Source: a virus
Reading direction: 5' to 3' (one strand)
Length of the DNA: 10,689 nucleotides
Virus genome (UHGV): UHGV-0361391
Shown here: in pieces, positions 6,119 to 10,689 of the stretch
Layout of the letters: each line of letters starts with the position of its first letter
Position numbering within the stretch: the first letter of the stretch is position 1
Translations under genes and position numbers: made by a program
The notes under the pieces: model-generated
Told to the model about the DNA's origin: nothing
Database searches by the model: none
What the model saw: the letters and a program-made list of their open reading frames with translations, nothing else

Positions 6119-8173
6119 ATGTCAGACTCCAAGTGGAAAATGCTCTCCGCCATGCCCGGAGAGTTTTCAGTCAAGGTTGCCGGTGGCACGGTGGCATTTA
6201 TTGAAAGCCCTTTCCGCCCTTCGGGTAATAAAGGGGGGATCACCTTCGCAGACTGCGTGATCCGCTTCAGCACGAAAGAGCCATTATGGGTAATGCCGGT
6301 ATCCGGTAATCCCAGTGCAGAAATCACCAGTTCAGGCGTGACTGGCATCATTCCAATCACATCTGACGTGGCCGGAACGCTCACGCCCTCCGACTGGAAT
6401 GCACCGGATAACGCCGGGCCTTCCGGTAGCACGAATGGCAGCAGTTCAGAGCCGGAATATTACTTTGTTGTCATTCTCGCGGGTCAGTCAAATGGCATGG
6501 CCTACGGCGAGGGGCTGCCGTTACCGGATTCGTTTGACCGCCCGGACCCACGCATTAAGCAACTGGCACGCCGCAGTACGGTAACGCCCAACGGTACGTC
6601 GTGTACATACAACGACATCATTCCGGCAGACCACTGCCTGCATGATGTTCAGGATATGAGCGGGATAAACCACCCGAAAGCTGATCTGGCAAAAGGCCAG
6701 TACGGGACTGTCGGTCAGGGGTTGCATATTGCCAAAAAACTGCTTCCCTATATCCCACAGAATGCGGGGATACTTCTGGTGCCCTGTTGTCGTGGCGGGT
6801 CAGCATTCACCACTGGAGCCGACGGCTCATTCAGTGAGGCCAGCGGTGCTTCCGCTGATTCTTCACGCTGGGGGGCCGGTAAACCTCTGTATCAGGACCT
6901 GGTAAGCCGCACCAAAGTCGCGCTGGCGAAAAACCCGAAAAACAAACTTCTGGCTGTGGTCTGGATGCAGGGAGAGGCAGACCTTGCCTCAGGAAGCCAG
7001 CAGCATAATAGTTTATTCACGGCCATGGTTCAGCAGTTCAGAACTGACCTGGCTCCGCTTGCTGCGCAGTGCGTGAGTGGAAATGCCACCACGGTGCCGT
7101 GGATTTGCGGTGATACCACGTATTACTGGAAAAACGCTGGCACCGATAAATATGAGGCAGTATACGGTGGCTACAAAGGCAAGGAAGCACAGAAAATTTT
7201 CTTTGTACCGTTCCTGACGGATGAGAATGGACAGAGCACGCCAACGAATGCTCCGGCGGAAGACCCGGATATTGTGGCTGTCGGGTATTACGGTGCAGCA
7301 TCCCGAACCCAGGGCAGTTTTGTTTCGACACAGCGTGACAGCCATTTCAGCTCATGGGCACGCAGGGGCGTCATTTCAGACCGTCTGGCCTCAGCTATTA
7401 TGCTCCATGCAGGGCGCACGGCTGAACTGATGCGCGGGCAGACCGTGACACCACCGGATGAGAAGCCGTCACCTGATACACCATCAAAACCGTCCACGCC
7501 ACCCGCAGACACCACGACGATGAGTACGCTATTTGCTTACCGGGCATCTGAGTCTGAAGGACGGTTGACACCACAGGGTTGGGCTGCCGGAGGTGGCAAG
7601 GCTCAAATCGTGGATGATGCCGGAGCCAGCGGGGGTAAGGCAATGAAACTGACCAAGGAAACAGGAAGAGCCCCCTGGTACCTTGAGCATGATGCTGGTA
7701 ATGGTGCGGACCTGCTGGGTAAAGGTGGTCTTGTCAGTTGTCGTTTTAAACTCGATGGCGCGCTTACGGCTAATCAGTACGCACTGGCGCTGTACTGGCC
7801 GGTTTCTGCCCTGCCGCAAGGGGTTACTCTGGAAGGAAATGCCGGTCATAACCTGCTGGCATCGTTCTACGTACAGAGCGATGCCACAGACCTTAACGTG
7901 ATGTATCACAAAGGAAACACGGCGCAGAACACGAAGCTGGGGTCATTCGGCGCATTTAATAACGAATGGCATACGCTGGGCTTCCGTTTTGCCGGTAACA
8001 ACAGTATTGAGGTGACGCCGGTCATTGATGGTAAGGACGGGACACCATTCATGCTGTCGCAGTCTCCGGTCGGCACGTTTACGGCAGACAAGTTGCGCGT
8101 GACCGATATCACTAAAAATGCGACTTACCCGGTACTGATTGACAGTATCGTGGTGGAAGTGAATAACGCGTAA
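6119..8173 (+). CDS. SASA-family carbohydrate esterase (sialate O-acetylesterase-like, NanS-p-like) with Pro/Thr/Ser-rich linker and C-terminal lectin-like beta-sandwich domain
   Basis: 684-aa ORF. The central region carries the SASA/SGNH-type GQSNG motif (FVVILAGQSNGMAYGEG) and a later VVWMQGEAD block. A linker PPDEKPSPDTPSKPSTPPADTTT precedes a ~190-aa C-terminal domain with lectin/LamG-like character. The gene lies downstream of the tail fibre module, as prophage nanS-p genes do. Confidence 0.75.
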   Translation: MSDSKWKMLSAMPGEFSVKVAGGTVAFIESPFRPSGNKGGITFADCVIRFSTKEPLWVMPVSGNPSAEITSSGVTGIIPITSDVAGTLTPSDWNAPDNAGPSGSTNGSSSEPEYYFVVILAGQSNGMAYGEGLPLPDSFDRPDPRIKQLARRSTVTPNGTSCTYNDIIPADHCLHDVQDMSGINHPKADLAKGQYGTVGQGLHIAKKLLPYIPQNAGILLVPCCRGGSAFTTGADGSFSEASGASADSSRWGAGKPLYQDLVSRTKVALAKNPKNKLLAVVWMQGEADLASGSQQHNSLFTAMVQQFRTDLAPLAAQCVSGNATTVPWICGDTTYYWKNAGTDKYEAVYGGYKGKEAQKIFFVPFLTDENGQSTPTNAPAEDPDIVAVGYYGAASRTQGSFVSTQRDSHFSSWARRGVISDRLASAIMLHAGRTAELMRGQTVTPPDEKPSPDTPSKPSTPPADTTTMSTLFAYRASESEGRLTPQGWAAGGGKAQIVDDAGASGGKAMKLTKETGRAPWYLEHDAGNGADLLGKGGLVSCRFKLDGALTANQYALALYWPVSALPQGVTLEGNAGHNLLASFYVQSDATDLNVMYHKGNTAQNTKLGSFGAFNNEWHTLGFRFAGNNSIEVTPVIDGKDGTPFMLSQSPVGTFTADKLRVTDITKNATYPVLIDSIVVEVNNA

Positions 8174-8180
8174 GCAGGAT

Positions 8181-8223
8181 AAAAAAATCCCGCCGGTCAA
8201 AGAGCCATTTGTTGACTGGCGGG
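8181..8223 (-). terminator. Hairpin with adjacent A7/T7 tract, oriented as an intrinsic terminator for leftward transcription
   Basis: CCCGCCGGTCAA (8189-8200) pairs with TTGACTGGCGGG (8212-8223), 12 bp with one G-U pair. AAAAAAA at 8181-8187 gives a U-tract only on the minus-strand transcript. Confidence 0.4.
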
Positions 8224-8338
8224 TGATATTCCAAACCCATTAAGGAAAGCTACAACCTCTGACAAAGAAGACCATTATGTACGCGGTTACTTTTTAGCTG
8301 AAAACTGTTTCTGTAGTCAATATCAAAGGTAAGGTTAT

Positions 8339-8521
8339 ATGACATTTGTTCATACGATGCTGCTTTATTTCTGCACTGTGGTCAGTGCGTTATATCTGGT
8401 GAGCGGTGGTTATAAGGCCATCAGAAATTATGTTCGCCGCAAAATTGATGACGCAGCAGCTGAAAAGCTCAGTAAAACAGCGCAGGCAACTCCGCTCCCA
8501 AAAGACCCGACCCAGCCCTGA
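8339..8521 (+). CDS. Hypothetical small membrane protein (single predicted TM helix)
   Basis: 60-aa ORF with an AAGG RBS; hydrophobic N-terminal segment FVHTMLLYFCTVVSALYLVSGGY followed by a charged tail. Lies in an AT-rich islet. Confidence 0.4.
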   Translation: MTFVHTMLLYFCTVVSALYLVSGGYKAIRNYVRRKIDDAAAEKLSKTAQATPLPKDPTQP

Positions 8522-8556
8522 TTGCAGGGCTGTATTCCCACATAAGGAGGATATAC

Positions 8557-8811
8557 ATGCCAGAGATTAAAGGCACCGTCACTGAAGTCCTGGTAAAACA
8601 GGCACTGTATTCCGGTGAAGTAAATAAATTACTGAAAGCGCAGGTCCGCAAGGATTTTGAGGCACAAATCGACACTTACGTTGATGAAGTGCTGGCAAAA
8701 CTTATTGGGCCAGCAGTTGCGGCCAGTGATGCTGATAATGAGCCGAAAACCGACGCGCAGCCAGAGCAACCAGACCCGGCTCAGCCCGGAACTGACAGTA
8801 CCATGATGTAA
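8557..8811 (+). CDS. Hypothetical protein (helical N-terminus, acidic proline-rich C-terminus)
   Basis: 84-aa ORF preceded by a strong AAGGAGG RBS with 7-nt spacing, followed by a hairpin (AAACCGG...CCGGTTT, 8818-8843). Confidence 0.5.
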   Translation: MPEIKGTVTEVLVKQALYSGEVNKLLKAQVRKDFEAQIDTYVDEVLAKLIGPAVAASDADNEPKTDAQPEQPDPAQPGTDSTMM

Positions 8812-8978
8812 CAATACAAACCGGTGGTGTCCTCTGCCGGTTTGACACTAATGAAAACATCTTTGCCGCTATCCAGCCATATGTAATCGCTGGATAGTAT
8901 TTCGTATTCAGAAATATAGCTGCTTATGGAGCAGTCAATCCTGCTTCCCCATCCGGGCAGGCAAATGAACCGGTATCA

Positions 8979-9272
8979 TTAGTCCGATTCACGCTTTTGT
9001 AGAATCGTTCCCAGAATGCTATACAGCTCATTAGCCTGTTGCTCCATCATTGAGACGGAGGCTATACGGTGCAAAGTGATTTCAGGAGGTGGCACACCTC
9101 CATCTTCTTGCTGTGGAGGAAAAACATAAGATTTAATAAAAAAGTTGAAGCATATGAACTCTCCCGCACTCGAACTGTATTTGCAGGCATCTGAATAATC
9201 GGAAAAATAATCATTATAGATTTCCGCATTTTCAATCATTTTTCGATTTCTCGTCGTTACATGATTGTCCAT
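8979..9272 (-). CDS. Hypothetical protein, unknown function
   Basis: 97-aa minus-strand ORF with an AGAGG RBS 5 nt upstream of the ATG; AT-rich codon usage differs from the surrounding phage genes; divergent from com-mom. Confidence 0.45.
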   Translation of the reverse strand: MDNHVTTRNRKMIENAEIYNDYFSDYSDACKYSSSAGEFICFNFFIKSYVFPPQQEDGGVPPPEITLHRIASVSMMEQQANELYSILGTILQKRESD

Positions 9273-9460
9273 AGCAGCCTCTTACGCTGGCAATTAACCA
9301 ATTGACTTCTATAAATTAGTTGATTTGTTTGCTTTGCGGTATTCAAATGTACAATCATTCAGCACTTATGCGTTACAGCACCGTTTAAAATTAGTGATCA
9401 AACTCATAAATTTTCGCTAATGACATTTCGTGTTATTTGTTGTATCAATTAAATAAATCA

Positions 9461-9485
9461 AATCGATCGTTTTTGTCGATCGATT
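9461..9485. promoter_or_regulatory. Perfect palindrome with two GATC (Dam) sites upstream of com-mom; candidate methylation-sensitive regulatory site
   Basis: AATCGATCG-tttttgt-CGATCGATT (9-bp arms, 7-bp spacer) with GATC at 9465-9468 and 9478-9481, in the AT-rich intergenic region about 45-70 bp upstream of the com start. Phage Mu mom is controlled through clustered GATC sites upstream of its promoter. Confidence 0.45.
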
Positions 9486-9528
9486 GAGTGATAAAGATAT
9501 CAACAACAAAGCAGGAGGTTATGCGGCC

Positions 9529-9729
9529 ATGTATCGAAACATACGGTGCCGACATTGTAACAAGCTACTGGCACGAGCCAGCTTCAGTTATCTGGAAGTC
9601 AAATGTCCGCGCTGTAAAACCCTCAATCAAATCACATCTCAGAGCGCCACAGAGCACCCCACATACACAAGGAAATCCTGTCGTGGGGAACAGAAAGCAA
9701 GTTACATCCCGTATCATCAGCACGCCTGA
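9529..9729 (+). CDS. com: Com-like zinc-finger translational regulator of mom
   Basis: [34 protein letters not shown]... parallels Mu Com MKSIRCKNCNKLLFKADSFDHIEIRCPRCK with the same C-x2-C...C-x2-C spacing. AGGAGG lies 10 nt upstream of this ATG. It overlaps the 5' end of the mom-like ORF as in Mu. Confidence 0.75.
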   Translation: MYRNIRCRHCNKLLARASFSYLEVKCPRCKTLNQITSQSATEHPTYTRKSCRGEQKASYIPYHQHA

Positions 9730-10420
9730 ACTTATTCACTATAACGACAATATCGTCGGTTATGGCTCCCGTGAGTTACGGGTTGAGACAATAAGTTGCT
9801 GGCTGGCCCGGCTGGTCGTCGTCAATAAACATTACAGCCATCGTTTCGTAAATAATTCCTACCTTCATCTGGGCATATTTTCAGAACGGGAGCTGGTTGG
9901 CGTAATGCAATGGGGTTATGCCCTTAATCCAAACAATGGTGCACGCGTCGTAACTGGCACGCAGAACCGCGAATATATGGAGCTTAACCGGTTATGGCTG
10001 CATGACTGTATGCCGAGAAACTCCGAATCAAGGGCAATCAGTTACGCGCTCAAACTAATCAGACAACTTTATCCGCAGGTGCAGTGGGTTCAGTCGTTTG
10101 CAGATGAGCGTTGTGGCTGTCTTGGTGTCGTGTACCAGGCAAGCAATTTTGATTATGTAGGCAGTCATGAAACAACATTCTATGAACTTGATGGCGAGTG
10201 GTATCACGAGATTTGCAAGAATGCAATCAAACGAGGAGGACAGCGAGGTGAACATCTGCGGGCTAATATCGACAGAGCCAGTGTTCATAAATTCCGTCAG
10301 TTTCGTTACATCCGGTTTCTGGACAAGAGAGCCAGAAAACGCCTTAACACAAAGCTATTCAAAGTCCAGCCTTACCCAAAACCACAAACAGTTAAAACTG
10401 GTTTGAAAGAGAGTGAATGA
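9683..10420 (+). CDS. mom: Mom-like DNA modification protein; start uncertain (candidate GTG at 9683, alternative ATG at 9905)
   Basis: Long ORF in the +1 frame relative to com and overlapping its 3' end, at the extreme right end of the element. Size from the GTG (245 aa) is close to Mu Mom (231 aa). AAGGA lies 9 nt upstream of the GTG. Confidence 0.6.
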   Translation: MGNRKQVTSRIISTPELIHYNDNIVGYGSRELRVETISCWLARLVVVNKHYSHRFVNNSYLHLGIFSERELVGVMQWGYALNPNNGARVVTGTQNREYMELNRLWLHDCMPRNSESRAISYALKLIRQLYPQVQWVQSFADERCGCLGVVYQASNFDYVGSHETTFYELDGEWYHEICKNAIKRGGQRGEHLRANIDRASVHKFRQFRYIRFLDKRARKRLNTKLFKVQPYPKPQTVKTGLKESE

Positions 10421-10548
10421 ACGCTTAAAAACTCATTCTAAAACTCAAAAGAAAAGCGCCGATTTAGTATCAAATAAGTTGCGTATCGGCGTTTTTCAGC
10501 GGTATCAAATGAAATGCAAATCGGTATCAAAAAAATCGCCGCGCTATA
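10421..10548. repeat. Right end (attR-like) with three putative transposase-binding repeats in inverted orientation
   Basis: GTATCAAA cores at 10467-10474, 10502-10509 and 10524-10531 (reverse complements TTTGATACTAA, TTTGATACCGCT, TTTGATACCGAT). The innermost-to-terminus spacing (17 bp) equals that at the left end, and the sites are closely packed as Mu R1-R3 are. Confidence 0.6.
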
Positions 10549-10552
10549 CTCA
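10549..10552. repeat. Right copy of CTCA direct repeat flanking the inserted element (putative target-site duplication)
   Basis: Identical to 138-141 and in the same codon phase of the interrupted IS transposase. Confidence 0.5.
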
Positions 10553-10689
10553 GGCTCTCATTTTTCAGCGTTCCCCAGAAGCTTTCCATCGGAGCGTTGT
10601 CGTAACAGTTACCTTTACGCGACATTGATGTTTTCAGACCAAACTGCTCCTGTATGACCCGGTAATCGTATGCGCAGTACTGTGAACCT
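10549..10689 (-). mobile_element. IS3-family insertion sequence fragment: internal part of transposase orfB (DDE domain region), truncated by the insertion; gene continues past window end
   Basis: Minus-strand translation of 10688->10549 reads GSQYCAYDYRVIQEQFGLKTSMSRKGNCYDNAPMESFWGTLKNESLS, the conserved IS3-family catalytic-domain block (SMSRKGNC.DNAPMESFFGTLK). The frame then runs into element sequence and stops. Confidence 0.8.

Larger units (their letters stand above)
142..10548 (+). mobile_element. Defective Mu-like transposable prophage (mini-Mu-like remnant, ~10.4 kb) with both ends retained
   Basis: Mu-type gene order: leftward repressor, rightward ner, MuA-like N-terminus, head/tail remnants, tail fibre, com-mom at the right end. 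Both ends carry three copies of TTTGATACCGAY in inverted orientation with Mu-like spacing. The element interrupts an IS3-family transposase ORF and is flanked by a short direct repeat. Confidence 0.75.

Noticed and set aside
5968-6204. 78-aa plus-strand ORF overlapping the start of the esterase gene
   Set aside because: No RBS, different frame from the esterase and runs through the probable esterase promoter and RBS; more likely non-coding leader.
6097-8200. Numerous antisense or alternative-frame ORFs within the esterase gene (for example 7013-7345, 7529-7909, 7943-8200)
   Set aside because: All are embedded in the 684-aa ORF, which has conserved catalytic motifs; they are by-products of its composition.
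9484-9729. Longer com ORF starting at TTG 9484, or the mom frame starting at ATG 9521
   Set aside because: TTG 9484 lies inside the upstream palindrome and precedes the AGGAGG RBS; ATG 9521 is only 2 nt after the RBS. The ATG at 9529 gives a Com-sized protein starting just before the first Cys pair.
10055-10406. ORFs 10055-10288 (minus) and 10167-10406 (plus) overlapping the mom-like gene
   Set aside because: Antisense or out of frame relative to the long mom-like ORF.
10413-10628. 71-aa plus-strand ORF spanning the right end and the junction into the IS fragment
   Set aside because: Crosses the element/IS boundary and reads through the transposase-binding repeats and antisense to the IS transposase; no RBS.
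1-10689. CRISPR arrays, tRNA or rRNA genes, and integrase-type attachment sites
   Set aside because: No regularly spaced direct repeats with unique spacers, no cloverleaf-like tRNA candidates and no tyrosine or serine recombinase gene were seen; the insertion is explained by transposition.

Overview
Almost the whole window is one nested mobile element: a ~10.4-kb defective Mu-like transposable prophage (about 142-10548) inserted into an IS3-family transposase gene. The two halves of that gene sit at the window edges (1-141 and 10549-10689, minus strand); removing the insert restores one reading frame (...WGTLKNESLS|HYRFNNRDEA...), and the insert is flanked by a CTCA direct repeat. The insert has Mu-type architecture: left end with three TTTGATACCGAY repeats, a leftward XRE-family repressor, an operator region, a rightward ner-like gene, and a MuA-like transposase N-terminus that appears fused in frame to a Mu gpT-like capsid C-terminus. 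This is followed by a DUF1320 gene, a frameshifted DUF2313 tail gene, a tail fibre gene, a convergent tail-fibre assembly gene, cargo genes, a com-mom module and a right end with three inverted copies of the same repeat. No B transposition protein, catalytic transposase core, portal, terminase, sheath, tape measure, lysis genes or invertase are recognisable, so the element is non-autonomous. Cargo comprises a 684-aa SASA-family (sialate O-acetylesterase-like) protein with a C-terminal lectin-like domain and an AT-rich islet of three small unassigned ORFs. No tRNA, rRNA or CRISPR array was seen. All protein assignments rest on motif recognition by eye from the supplied translations; no database search was run.
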